DNA from: Leucoraja ocellata
Taxonomy: Eukaryota
DNA length: 64,000 nt
Direction: 5' to 3'
Assembly (NCBI GenBank): GCA_036785375.1
Contig: JAWMAR010000531.1
Location: 806,001 to 870,000, forward strand
The notes below the pieces were generated by a model. That model was not told where the DNA came from and searched no databases. It saw only the letters and a list, made by a program, of their open reading frames with translations. A program made the position numbers and the translations under genes. Within the stretch, counting starts at the first letter, position 1, and each line of letters starts with the position of its first letter. This document shows, in pieces, positions 13,401-26,218 of this stretch.

Positions 13401-16400
13401 GAGAGTAGGGAAGATTCAAACAAGGGGACATGACATGAGAATTAAGGGACTGAAGTTTAGGGGTAACATGAGGGGGAACTTCTTTACTCAGAGAGTGGTA
13501 GCTGTGTGGAATGAGCTTCCAGTGAAGGTGGTGGAGGCAGGTTCGTTTTTATAATTTAAAAATAAATTGGATAGTTATATGGATGGGAAGGGAATGGAGG
13601 GTTATGGTCTGAGCGCAGGTATATGGGACTAGGGGAGATTATGTGTTCGGCACGGACTAGAAGGGTCGAGATGGCCTGTTTCCGTGCTGTAATTGTTATA
13701 TGGTTATATGGTTATTATATGGTTAATAGAGTTTATTGTCATGTGTCCCAGATAGGACAATGAAATTCTTGCTTTGCTTCAGCACAACAGAATATAGAAG
13801 GCATGAATAGAGAACAGATCAGTGTGTCCATATACCATTGTATAAATATATACATACATGAATAAATAAAACAGATAAAGTGCAAATAAACAGATAATTT
13901 GCTATTAATGTTCAGAGTTTTGTTTGAGTTGAGTTCAATAGCCTGTTGGCTGTGGGTAGGAGCTGTTTCTGAATCTGGACGTTGCAGTCTTCAGACTCCT
14001 GTACCTTCTACCTGACGGTAGCGGGGAGATGAGTGTGTGGCCAGGATGACGTGGGTCCTTGATGATGCTGCCAGCCTTTTTGAGGCAGCGACTGCGATAG
14101 ATCCCCTCGATGGTAGGGAGGTCAGAGCCGCCTCCCCCTTCTCTTCCCACACCTCTACTGTACCCCACCTGGTCCCACATCTATTTTTCTCCTCCCCCTT
14201 CCCCTCCCCCTCCTTGTACATTATTTCCTCTGTCTCCACAATTCGCAACTCTTCAATCTGTTCTACTCACACTTTCTATTCTAATCCCCGGCCTTTGTTC
14301 CTACCAGGTATCAAGCCGTGCCTCCACTGATTACCTGCAATGCTTTGTCCCGTCTCCCCTCTCTTCCTGCTTCCCCCTCTCCTACAGTCAGTCTGAAGAA
14401 GGGTCCCAACCCGAAACGTCACCTATCCATGTTCTTCAGAGATGCTGCTTTGATCCACTGAGTTACTCCATCACGTTGTGTCCTTTTAGCACAAACATCT
14501 GATTATTTTATATAGATTGCAAATATTGCACAGGAGGGGACGACTTGATTATTGGAGTGAAGACACTAAGTCCTGCGATATGAACACATAAAGGAATTAT
14601 TATAACAGTTTGTTTTAGGATTAGTAAAATGTGGAACTGAGAGTAAACTGAGATTTTCTGAGAACTTATTTTTGTTTTTGTTACTTTGAAATCTTTGCAA
14701 CAGGAATGCCCCTGTCCCACTTAGAAAACCTGAACGGAAACCTCTGGAGAATTTGTGCCCCACCCAAGGTTTCCGTGCGGTTCCCGGAGGTTTTTGTCAG
14801 TCTCCCTATTTGCTTCCACTACCTGCAACCTCCGGCAACCACCTGCAAACTCCGGGAACCGCACGGAAACCTTGGGTGGAGCGCAAAGTGTCCAGAGGTT
14901 TCCGTTCAGGTTTCCTAAGTGGAACAGGGGCATGATACACACTTTCACGCATTTTAGTTGCCATATTTGAGCACATTGTTCTACACATACGATGGGCCAA
15001 ATTGGGTACTCATTGCTGTACACTTCTATGATTCATTTCCCTGTTTGAAATTGATCGCCAACACTGTCAATTTTACCTTAATAATTTGTTGATGAATATT
15101 ATATATTCAGAGTATATTCGTTATTTACAGCGGAAAATTGACGCAAGCCTCTTAAGTTGGCGGTGAAAGCTTGATACTCACGTTTTACCTTCCAACAGCT
15201 TACCGCTATGAAAATAATGACAAATATCAGGAGGCAAATCAGCGGATAAAGCCACGAATGTAGTTCTTTCCGGTAAACAGGAAGTTCTTTCCGGTAAACT
15301 TTGAAAGAAGTGTACAAATATCAGGGTTAATATTTATAGGAAACTATAATTGGCACGTTTTACTGAAAAGTAAAGGAGTAATATGTGCACTCCCGGAGAG
15401 TTACTCACACTACACCTGCATCGTTTTGAGATCCTTTACAATATTATATATGTAATCAAACTTAAAATGCCGAGGTTTAGTATTTTCTCGTTATATTCGA
15501 CCGTTTCGCTTCTCGGCGGAAGTGCTTTCCATTTAAATTCCACAAGTTGATATATTTTTTAAAGACAGCGGAAAGATGAGTTTCTTGATGTAGAAAATTG
15601 ATCAACTGATATCGCAAAACACGTTTGGCCGTCAGTGTGTATAACGGGGAGTTCCCGCCGATGTAAAATTGGCTGCCGAAGGCTCGGAGTCTTCACGTGG
15701 AACTAGAAGTTGACAATATTTTACAATGCACCAGTTATGGAATTCAGGTAAATTGTGAATCAAAACGTGTAGAATTTAGCCAAAGTTGCTTCCTGACCTG
15801 CTGAGCATTTCCAACATATTTCAGATTTTCTGCATCTGCAATATTTTGTACAAAATTATCATAGGGCAAGATCACCCGATTTGTGTAATTACTAATGCCC
15901 CTGTCCCACCTAGGAACCCTGAACGGAACGGTTCCCGGAGGTTTTTGTCAGTCTCTCTACCTGCTTCCACTACCTGCAACCTCCGGCAACCACCTGCAAC
16001 CTCCGGGAACCGCACGGAAACCTTGCGTGGGGCACAAAGTCTCCAGAGGTTTCCGTTCAGGATTCCTAAGTGGGACAGGGGCATAACGTTTGCGGTTGCA
16101 TTACGTTTCTTGAATAAACTGCAGTGACTTTTTGAAAATCAAAAATTCAACTGCAACAAACCGAGTAAAATCAAAATGGTTCAACTATACTGTGTTTTTT
16201 TTAAATTTTTATAGAGAATTGAAGATTCTCATTCTCGATAACAAATGATCTCGGGTCGGGAACCATGTCAATCCAAGTTACAGATATATAGATGTGGTCT
16301 GATCTGCAATCACCAACATCGTTAACTTTCTTTAAAACAGGACAATACAGGACCTGAACAGCCCCCTCGGCCTACATCGTATGTGCCGAACATGACACCG

Positions 16401-17621
16401 ACCCTTATTTGCTTGCACACAATCCATATCCCTCCTTTCCATGCTTATCCAAGTGCCTTTCCGCACAATTTCCGTCGTTCCAGGCACTCCCCGCCCTCTG
16501 TAACTTTTCTTTTACCGCTCACATCAACTTTAAACTTTCCCCTCTCAAAGCACAAACAGAGCAGCTTTAATACTTCTAAATTCTCACACTGATCAAAAAC
16601 ATGATGCCAAACTCTAATTCAATATAACTGTCATAGAAACGTTGCTCACCCGTTTGTATATCTACCGATCAGGTAACAATATTTAGGTTACAAAATGATG
16701 CGTTTAACTATACTCGGGTGTACAATTACACAAATGCCAACTATCAAATGAAGTCGACGTGAAGCAGAATATTTTGAGATTATCTACATTGATCTTCTAA
16801 ACCAGTTGCAAGACGAACATTTCCACATGTTGTATCCATTTTTTCTTTCTATCTCCTTCGAAGTCTATATTTCTTTTTGTGGGGACATCTATTTTGCAAA
16901 TGCTGCTTAGTGTTTAATGTTCACCAGTACATTTCACCCTCGAGGACAATCCCACCAACATCTTCCCACACTCGGGTACTCACAACGCCCAAGAGAGTTA
17001 ATTTCACGAAATTCAGTAACTAGGTAATTAGGGAGCAACAATCCCGCTGGCACTCAACCCCCCCCCACCCCCCACTAAATCGCGAGCCGCTGCTGTTGCC
17101 CAGTGGCATCCCTGTCCAGGTTGTTTTGCTAGGATCAGGAACTGAAGGCAGCTGTTCAATTGATTTAATTTGAATTTAATTATGAATAATCGCATAATCC
17201 TACCTGTTACCATCAATAGGCTTCCGTTGCCGTTGAAGCCCCGAGTGGAGGGCGGATTCAACGTAATCAATTCACAGTAATATGTGCCGCTGTCTTCTTG
17301 CTGAAGATTTTTTATCGATAATTGGCTTCTGTATAAATGTTGGTCCCTAGTAAATTCTAGCTCGAAGGAACGGAGTACTTTGGATTTGTTCATGTAAATT
17401 ACGTAGGTCTCATTACTTGCATTGCTTGATTCACGAAACCAATTGATTACCAAGTCGTGGATTTTATCAATTGAAACGACACAGTTCAGCTTCGCTGTTC
17501 CTCCTTCAGACACTGTGAGTTTACTAGGAGTCTGGTAAACCAGCATTTCGTCATTAACAATCAGTGACCAGGCAGTGCAGAAAGTCCACATATAAAAATA
17601 TATAAATGTATCGATTTTCAT
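10322..17621 (-). CDS. Single V-J-type Ig-domain type I receptor, copy A (CD28/CTLA4/PD-1/NKp30-like architecture, long tyrosine-motif tail); 5 coding exons, 275 aa
   Basis: Exons 17621-17204, 15298-15182, 13032-12983, 11325-11194 and 10432-10322 all have GT-AG borders and compatible phases (1,1,0,0); 828 nt, open to TAG. Small extra exons cannot be excluded. Confidence 0.8.
11194..11325 (-). CDS. Receptor A cytoplasmic exon 2 (YxN, ITSM, ITIM-like)
   Basis: cttgtttcccaaag| DISGPGVYTNTSSTTYAEIRQIADSQVVYSDFATVKTINNSTEQ |gtatgc; 132 nt, phase 0-0. Confidence 0.82.
11681..12416 (-). mobile_element. CR1 LINE 3' fragment, copy A-specific insertion
   Basis: LYSLERRRLRGDLIEVFK ORF; the empty site in copy B reads tgttgaatcaagataaattg (~37938-37957). 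Confidence 0.88.
12983..13032 (-). CDS. Receptor A cytoplasmic exon 1
   Basis: ttttgtaattatag| (R)KRLMVHSDSTPGTVLE |gtagtg; 50 nt converts phase 1 to phase 0 as required and supplies the basic stop-transfer cluster; same length in copy B. Confidence 0.7.
13237..13724 (+). mobile_element. CR1 LINE 3' fragment, copy A-specific, TSD aataga
   Basis: RGDLIEVFK ORF, (ggttatat)n tail, aataga on both sides; absent at ~38750 in copy B. Confidence 0.88.
14707..14932. mobile_element. Harbinger/PIF-like MITE (copy B: 40147-40359)
   Basis: TIRs tgcccctgtcccactta / taagtggaacaggggca; internally palindromic. Confidence 0.8.
15182..15298 (-). CDS. Receptor A exon: stalk + transmembrane
   Basis: ttctttcaaag| VYRKELPVYRKELHSWLYPLICLLIFVIIFIAVSCWKVK |gtgagt; 117 nt, phase 1-1; uncharged hydrophobic helix. 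Confidence 0.85.
15896..16083. mobile_element. Harbinger/PIF-like MITE with TAA TSD (copy B: 41327-41514)
   Basis: taa-tgcccctgtcccac...gtgggacaggggca-taa. Confidence 0.85.
17204..17621 (-). CDS. Receptor A exon: leader + V-set Ig domain
   Basis: MKIDTFIYFYMWTFCTAWS...VYQTP...LNC...WFR...LSIKNLQQEDSGTYYC...FNGNGSLLMVT; canonical Cys, Trp, DxGxYYC and a J-like GxG strand; phase-1 donor ACAG|gtagga. Confidence 0.9.
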
Positions 17622-17699
17622 GTTTACGAGACGCTACTGCGGGCAGACAGGTTTGCATTAGCAGTGGTTTGCCAGAGCTACCGGAGTTTGAAGACTGAA

Positions 17700-17797
17700 G
17701 TCTGAAGAAGGGTTTCGGCCCGAAACGTTGCCTATTTCCTTCGCTCCATAGTTGCTGCTACACCCGCTGAGTTTCTCCAGCATTTTTGTGTACCTAC
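17700..17797 (+). repeat. Dispersed short repeat matching the Penelope 3' region (related copies ~1578, 10915, 14390, 28170, 43160)
   Basis: gtctgaagaagggtttcggcccgaaacg...gctgagtttctccagca recurs and is part of the Penelope insertion. Confidence 0.75.
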
Positions 17798-18804
17798 CAT
17801 AGTTTTTTGCAGACACAAGGAACTGAAGATGCTAGTTTACAAAAAAAACGTCACAGAGTGTTGGAGTAACTCAGTGGGTCAGGCAACATCTCTGGAGGAC
17901 AAGAGTTTGAAGCGACCGGTTACTGTTCCCCTTTCACAGTTCGGCCGGATGTGGGGTGTGCAGAACTCGACGCTCTGCAGAGCCATGCCGCTGTGGGTTC
18001 TGAAAATAGCTGTCGCCCAATAGAAGCAGAAACGCAGAACCAAGTGTTATCGGAACGCCTCGCCTCTGCGCCGAAAACCAACACCTTAACTCGAGCATTG
18101 CTGCGCTTGGCATTTAAGGTGTGATTTTCTTCAAACCAGCCTACGCTGAAAATAAGAGGAGACAATCTAATAAGTTAAACGTGTAAAATGAATTCAGCGA
18201 AACAAAGGCTATCAGTGATCAGCGAACAAACCTTAATTTGATCAAATCCAATTCAGTCGTAGTGTCGGAGGAAACTGCAGATGCTGGTTTAAACAGAAGA
18301 TAGACAGAAACTGCTGGAGTAACTCAGCGGGGCAGAGATGCTGCCTGTCCCACTGAGTTACTCCAGCATTTTGTGTCTCTCTGAAGTAGTGTCCTTCTGA
18401 TCCCGGTGTTCCAGGAAGAAACAGTCCCTGCATCTGGAGGTATGCGTTTTCACACGTCTGTACGTCTTGCCTGATGAGAGAGACGGGAAGAGGGGTTGTC
18501 CGGGGTGAGACTGGTCTTTGGGGTTGGTTGGGGACATGCCGAACCTCCTAAAGCCTTCTAAGGAAGTTGAAGCGCTGGCGTGCTTTCGTGGCCATAGCTG
18601 CTATGTGACTGGTCCGGCACACATTGCTGGTGATATTTATTCCTATGAACTTGAAACTTGGAACCATCTCTACTTCGGCGGTGCGTGTGCGTGTGCGTGT
18701 GCGTGTGCGTGTGATCTCCTTCCTGTATTCCGTCTGGTAATTATTTGATATCCGGTCCACAAATGCCTCCGCAATTGTAAATTGAGTTGGATTGGTGTTT
18801 GGCT

Positions 18805-18880
18805 GTGCAGTGTAGTGCAGTGTAGTGTAGTGTAGGGCAGTGCAGTGTAGTGTAGTGTAGCGGGGGGGGGGGGGGGGGGC
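18805..18880. repeat. (GTGTA/GTGCA)n pentamer microsatellite + poly-G
   Basis: Visible directly; much longer in copy B (44275-45012). Confidence 0.95.
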
Positions 18881-19376
18881 TGAGAACTCATCCTTATGGG
18901 GCATCAGTGTTGAGGATTATGGTAGTGGATGATTGGTCACCTATCCTCACAGATTGTGGTCTGCTGGTTAGGAAGACTAAGACCCGTTTGAAGTGGGGAG
19001 TGCTGATTCCGTTCCATTAGTTTGGAGATGAGCTTGCTTCGGCTAATGGTATTGAAAGTAGGGCTCTAGTATATGATGTAGGTGCTCGTCTCATCCAGAT
19101 GTTCTAAGGACAAGTGTAGGGCCAGAGAGATGGCATCAGCAGTGGACCTGTTGTGGAATTAGACGAACTGCTGTAGATCAAGGCTGCTTGATAGGCTTAA
19201 TCTGGCTGCTCTAAAAGCAATTCGTAATGGTGGATGTCAAGACATGTGGACAGTAGTCATTAAGCATGAGGTTTCGATTTTCTTTGGCATCGAGGTGATA
19301 GTGGTCTTCCTGATGCATGTCGGTACCTCAGAATTAATTCCCGGTCTACATCTAGACCAGTCCTATTTACTATAAA

Positions 19377-20417
19377 TAGGTATGTTACAAAACCTACCTG
19401 AATCGTGGCTGAGCATCTGCCCTACCCCGTGTCCGCGATTTTGGCGCTGTTTAGAGGGGGCGGGTTTAAAACGCGATTTTTACTAGGCTGTTCCAATCGA
19501 AAATGTTCAGCCTAGTAAATCATTAACGGAAAATCGCTGAAAGACCCCGTCGCAAAAGGTATTATTAGTTTTTATGGCCTTGTATAATATTTATAGTAGT
19601 TTAAAAATCACTCTCTTACTCCGCAACCTCTCGCAGCCCCAGGGTTTTATAAAGCAAACAATTAAAGGTATGTACCTTATTTTTACATTAAATGGGGCTT
19701 GTAGAATAACCCTGTGTATAAAGTTTTCTATAGCGAGTAGTTCATTTTGGGCTCTTTATATCCCGCAGTATTTTTCTGGGCATTTGAGGGCACAAATCCA
19801 GCGCAGTGTGAACGTTCTAAACCAGCGCGTTCACAGGAACCCACTAGAAAGCCGATTTAAATTGACTTTAATTTACAGCAAATGAACACTAAATTCCTTC
19901 CATTTGGCCTATAAATTGATGTCAATGAGATTTAAAAATCATGTTTTATTGTGAATTATTTGTGAATATTATTTGGACACTTGGGCTATTTAAAAATGTT
20001 AATCATTTATTAAGAAATGGATAGATGTTTAGAGCTAGTAATTGAAGTTTGAAATTAGCTACAATTGGGTAACTAACTAATTATATGCTTTAATTTCAGG
20101 TCATCCAAGTAAGATTATTTTATATTTGTTTCAGAATGCTTCAATCTATGATAACTGAAAATTTCATTCAGTTCTCTTCATTTTTAAGAAGGTTATGGGC
20201 TTTTGACTGTCCACGATCACAGCTTTTTTGTTATGTCCATAGAAAATCAATAGGGAACAAGATGCTAATTTCCGAGTATGAAAATGGCCATAACTTTTTT
20301 TATTAATTGAGATATGAAAGTGAATTAGGTGTCAAATTAAACTTATTGTTATGCTTTATCTGATGGGATAAATTGCAGACTTGATTTTTTAAATCTCAAA
20401 ATTTTGTAACATTGCTA
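19377..20417. mobile_element. Non-autonomous DNA transposon (copy B: 45511-46549)
   Basis: Imperfect TIRs taggtatgttacaaaa / ttttgtaacattgcta, flanked on both sides by ctataaa; no long ORF. Confidence 0.7.
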
Positions 20418-21399
20418 CTATAAAGAGAAAGATCTATGATGTTTTGAAGATCTACATTGATATCCTACACCCAGTTGCAAGTCGAACATATCCATGCTTT
20501 GTCCCCATTTCCCTACCCCCCGCGAGGCTTCCTTTGCGTTTGATGGGCGACGGGTATTTTGGGAATACTGGTCAGAGTTTAGTGTTTCATCAACGGGGTA
20601 TTCCTCAACCTCCATACGAGCTTGGATATTTGGCCCAGCAAGCTCCTGCCGTCACATCTCCGCGGCGCCACGTGGTTTATTTACGTACACACAGAAATGA
20701 CAAGGGACATTAATCTTGCTGATAATCCCTCCCCCACAAACCCCTATTCGCCAACGACATCTCTTCCCAGAGAATTCCAGAGATTTGGGATTTGCCAGGT
20801 GAAGACTGACGCCAATAATAAAAATAGTTAAGTCCAGGGATGCTTTTAGGTCAAGAATTTGAGTCCTTCTGCACATTCCAGTTGATATATTCTTTGTGTC
20901 TGATCAGTTATTTATTATAATTTTTCCTCCTATTGAGGTAGGCAGTCTGATGAAATGAGTAATGGGGATTTCAATGAAATTAGGCGAGAATCGAATTATA
21001 GAACTATATATTTTAAAGTTGGTTCAAATTTCACCAGTTGTTATATCCATCATATACTGCATTTACAACTCATAAGTCTGTGTAACAACCTGGGAGCTCT
21101 CGTGCAAATTCTCATTTGTTCTGCAATTTGGTTGACATCAGGAAGAAAACCCAGAGGGAAATATCCCTCATCCCCGGTTAAATGTAATTTCACATAAGAA
21201 ATGGTAGTACAAGTCTTCCATAATATTACGTAAATAAATGATTGGAAGGATTATGAAATTGCATTTATTTGAATGCAGATCATTCATAAATAACAATATA
21301 ATTGGGAACAATTCCAATGCTTATATGATCACAAGTGGATGGATTGCAGTTCACAACCGCTGGTTCTTGATTCTGCTACTCTGGGTAAAAGAGTAGGTT

Positions 21400-24335
21400 A
21401 CTATAACCAAAATTAAATCAGAGAAAGGCGAATTACTAATACTACCTAAAAATATTAATAATAGATTTGCCCAATTTTACCAAAACTTATATACATCTAA
21501 AATTAAAATAGAAGATAGTAAAATAAAAAAAATTCTAGATAACTGTAATCTTCCAATACTGGACCTTTTGGAACAAGAGGGACTAGGAGCTTAAATTACA
21601 ATCAAAGAAATAGGTGAAACAATAAAATCGCTGAAAAATGGTAAGACACCGGGACCAGATGGTTTTAATAATTAATTTTATAAAAAATTTCAGGAGATAA
21701 CGACCCCTTATTTATTTAATTTATACTCCCATGCTTTTAAAGAAAACAAACTACCTGAAACACTAACAGAATCAACTATTACACTTATTCCAAAAAAAGA
21801 TAAAGATTTAGAAGATCCGGGCTCGTACAGAGCTATATCACTTTTAAATACAGATCAGAAAATTTTAGCAAAGATTTTAGCAAGAAGATTAAGCAAATAT
21901 ATTAGTAAATTGATAAACCCTGATCAAACGGGGTTTATACCTAAAAGATACTCATTTAATAATCTGAGACGCCTGTTTAATATAATGTACTCGCATAAAG
22001 TAGAGGAAGACGATATATCAATTATTTCTTTGGATGCAGAGAAAGCATTTGATCAGGTAGAGTGGCAATACTTATATAAAGTAGTACAAAAATTTAATAT
22101 GGGAGAGAATTTTATAACATGGGTAAAATTATTATATGATAAACCGATGGCAAGAATTTTAACTAATAACATGTTATCTCAAAAATTTCAACTATCAAGG
22201 GGTAATAGGCAGGGATGTGCACTATCACCCCTGCTATTTGCCCTTATGATAGAACCCCTGGCTGAAAGTATAAGAATTCATCCGAATATTCAGGGCTATA
22301 ATACCAGGGACTCAAAGAATAAAATCTCATTATATGCATACGATACACTTTTATATATTACAAAGTCACAAACAAGCATACCAAATTTATTAAACTTAAT
22401 AGAGGAATTTGGGTCTTTTTCTGGATATAGAATAAACTGGAACAAAAACGAAATCATGACATTAAAACCTCAAGAACCTATACACTTATTGAAGTTCCCC
22501 TTTAAAATCGCAACAGAAAAATTTAAATATTTAGGTATTCAGATTACTAGAAAATATAAAGCATTATTCAATGCTAATTTCATACCTTTATTAAATAAAC
22601 TTAATACACGGATTAAATTTTGGAAAACACTTCCCTTATCATTATTAGGTAGAATAAATGCAATAAAAATGATCTTCCTACCACAATTACTATACCTATT
22701 TCAGTCTATACCGGTATATATACCAAAATATTTAAAAAACAAAATTAGACTCTAACATTACAAATTATATTTGGGACTATAAATCACATAGAATCACAAA
22801 AAAACACTTATGTAAACCAAAAGAGGTCGGGGGACTTTCACTTCCGAGTTTTATGTATTATTACTGGGCAGTGTATATTAAGAATATGATTTATTGGTTG
22901 GATAGTTCTACCCAACAGACAGAATGGATAAAAATGGAGAAGGAGGATTGCCATCCTTGTAATATAGGAACGATCCTCTTTTCCCCCAAAAAATTGAATA
23001 ACACAATATATAAGAAGAACCCAATTATATATGGTACAATAAGAATTTGGAAACAAATAAAATTATCTTTAAAATTAAGAAATCTATCACTGTTAATGCC
23101 AATAGCGAACAACCCTTTATTTAAACCATCTCTTATTGATAAGACATATAACCAATGGGAAAGTCTCGGAATTAGAAGGATCAGGGATATGTACGAAATG
23201 GGAAACCTACTATCATTCCAACAACTACAATTAAAATTTAAATTGAAAAACAACTAATATTTTAAATATCTTCAGATTTGCGACTTTGTGAAAAAATATA
23301 TACAAGGATATCAAAAAGTAACTCCTGACTTATTGGAAGAAGCAATGAATATTGAAGCTGACTCACAAAAATTAATATCCTATTTATATAATAGTATTCT
23401 AAATATAGACCTACCATCGACAGAGGTACTTAGAGAAGAGTGGGAACGGGAATTAATGATAAAAATTACGAAGGTTAAATGGGAAAAATACCTGATATAT
23501 ATTCACAAATGTTCAATTAATGTAAGACATAATCTAATTCAATTTAAAATTGTACATAGATTATATTATTCAAAAACAAGATTGAACAAATTTTATCCAA
23601 ATATATCCGCCACTTGTGATAAATGTCTAGCCCAAAAGGCAACTATAACACACTCCTTAGTTTCCTGCATAAAACTTTATAGATTTTGGAATGATATTTT
23701 TGAAATACTTACAAAATTATTCAAGACAAGAATGGAACCTAATACTGAAATGATTATATTTGGTGTAATGGAAGATGGGAATAAATTGAACACATCTCAA
23801 AATCTATTCTTTAACTATGGTTTAATAATAGCAAAAAAATTAATACTTAAATTTTGGAAGGGTACATCAATACCAACGCTTAAAATGTGGATTGCAAGTA
23901 TGTTGGACACCGCTCATCTTGAGGAAATGCGATTCCTCCTAATGGATAAATCAGACCAATTCATAACGAGTTGGTCTCCATTCGTCGTTTTTTTTGGAAT
24001 CATATGGTGCAACACAATTGTAAAAAATAACTGTTTCAGGACTGGACGAGGGTTGGTCAAGATTATAAATAATGATCTCCTTTTCTTTTTTATTTTCTTT
24101 TCTTTTCACTATTTTCTCTCTCAACTTTCTTCATTTACTCGTTCTCTTTCTTCACACACTATATATTTCACACCTTTCTATCCTTTACTATCTAACTTAT
24201 TTTTCTTATTCTCATCTTTTTTCAATGTAACAAAAAAAAAAGAAGTTGTACATAAAATGTATTATGAAAATATATATTAGGCACTTTGGTGCCATATGAC
24301 TGTACTTACTTCTAATAAAATAAAATATTTAAAAA
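21400..24335 (+). mobile_element. L1/Tx1-like LINE, 5'-truncated and disrupted
   Basis: RT motifs DQTGF, LDAEKAFD, RQGCALSPLLF, catalytic YADD decayed to YAYD; CDKC..H..C zinc knuckle; stops, frameshifts, A-rich tail. Confidence 0.92.
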
Positions 24336-25519
24336 AAAGAGTAGGTTTAAGGTGGGAGATGAATGATTTAATAGGAACCCGAGGCGCAGCATTTTCGCAC
24401 AGAGATTGGTATGTGGAACGAGCTGCCACAAGAGGTAGTTCAAACAGGTACTATAACAATATTTAATACACATTTGGACACGTGCATTAATAGGAAAGGT
24501 TTAGAGGGATACGGGCTTCGTATCTTCGAGTAACCTTTCATCCTGCATGATGTGGCGCTGCATTCGACGATGTTCTGTGGTCCCTGCAGTTATCTTGCTC
24601 TTAGATGCTGAACCAATCCAAAATAGTGACATAATCTGCAGCACCTTTGGGATATTTACAGTTCTTGTCATTTATGGGGAGGCAAATGCAAACTGCTTGA
24701 TGAGTAAATGCTGGTATTGCCCAAATGTTCGTCTCTGTGCCGTGCAGTCTTGCAACAGTAGGTGGCAGCATTGCATCGGTTATGAAATAATGTTCATTGA
24801 TTGCGGAGATGGGACAAATGGTCAATTATCATTGTCTAGTCAAGTCAAGTCACATTTATTGATATAGAACATTTAAAAAACAACTCTCGTTGGCCAAAGT
24901 GCATTACATTTGTTATAAGAATAGCACAACAAAACAAAACAAAACAAAACAAACTACATACATACATGTAGCAATATTACGATAATGTGTAAGCCCATAA
25001 ACCCATCTAATGCCTAGTCATTTGGCGATTATGGGTGTGGATGCGAATATACTAATTGAGGAGCGGCTTTAACCTTTGACACATGACAGTAAAAAAGACG
25101 GAGGCAATAAAGTTACTGAATGCTCAATTGCACTTGGAGAAACAAACACAAAATATGTTTCCTCTTATGTCCAATTTATAGTGACATAGTCTTAAAAAAA
25201 GAGTTTGGATAAAATAACATACAAGCAGCTCGCACTGAGTAAAGGCGGTAATAGAAATCGACCTTTTGATATCTTTGCTTTTGACCGCGTGGGCAGAAGA
25301 TACTGATGCAGTCTCCGATTATAACGGTAGGTGGCGCTGCCGTACCTTACATCTGTGATGAAGCTCAACGCGGCCAATTCTGAAATAGGTCAAACGCAAT
25401 ATTGTGTCTGAGGTCACGTACAGGCCAGACCAGCAATAATTGGATTATTTTCCCCTTGAAGGATATATTTGGGATCCAGTTGTATTGTAATAATCAATCA
25501 TACACCATGAACATGAAAA

Positions 25520-26218
25520 CTTTAGGAGCGCACATCATCCGAGGACGTACACTCCATTGAGGATGAATGGGGATCCTGTGGATAGGGTGAACTGTTTTAA
25601 ATATCTGGGAGTCCACATCTCCGAGGATATGACATGGGCATCACACGCCTCAGCATTCGCGAGTAAGGCAAGGCAGCGCCTTTACCACCTCAGGCAATTG
25701 AGGAAATTCAGAGTGTCTCCGAGGATCCTACAGTGCTTCTACGCAGCGGCGGTTGAAAGAAACGTGTCCGGGAACATTACCATCTGGTTTGGGAATTGCT
25801 CTGCCAAGGACAAGAAGGCTCTGCACTTCACTTGCCCCCCTGCAGGAACTATACATCAGGAGGTGCAACTCCAGAGCCAACAATATCATGAGAGACCCCT
25901 TCCACCCCTGCAACGGACTGTTCCAGCTGCTACGGTCAGGCAAACGCCTCCGTTGCCATGCGGTGAGAACGGAGAGGTTGAGAAGGAGTTTCTTCCCAGA
26001 GGCCATTCGGACTGTAAACGCATATCTCACCAGGGACTAACTCTACTGAACATTTTTCCTTCCATTATTTATTATGCAAAATAATATGTGTGTTATGATA
26101 GTGTTTATAGTTTGTTTGGTTGTTTGTCTTTTGCACAAAAGTCCGCAAGCATTGCCACTTTCATTTCGCTGCACATCTCGTATGTGTATGTGACAAATAA
26201 ACTTGACTTGACTTGACG
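25520..26218 (+). mobile_element. Rex1/Babar-like LINE 3' fragment (copy B: ~51640-52408)
   Basis: FKYLGVHISEDMTW...KARQRLYHLRQLRKF; (cttga)n tail. Confidence 0.85.

Noticed and set aside
14508-14573. Acceptor-like site giving an alternative short tail (LSVFTPIIKSSPPVQYLQSI*)
   Set aside because: In phase and present in both copies, but with no independent support; the three-exon tail explains the gene better
16650-16661. Possible 12-nt phase 1-1 micro-exon (ag|ATATACAAACGG|gtgagc) between the V and TM exons
   Set aside because: Good donor but weak acceptor; not needed for frame; cannot be supported without RNA data
17651-17658. Octamer-like ATGCAAAC upstream of the receptor ATG
   Set aside because: One mismatch and only ~30 nt from the ATG; it overlaps what looks like a branch point/acceptor
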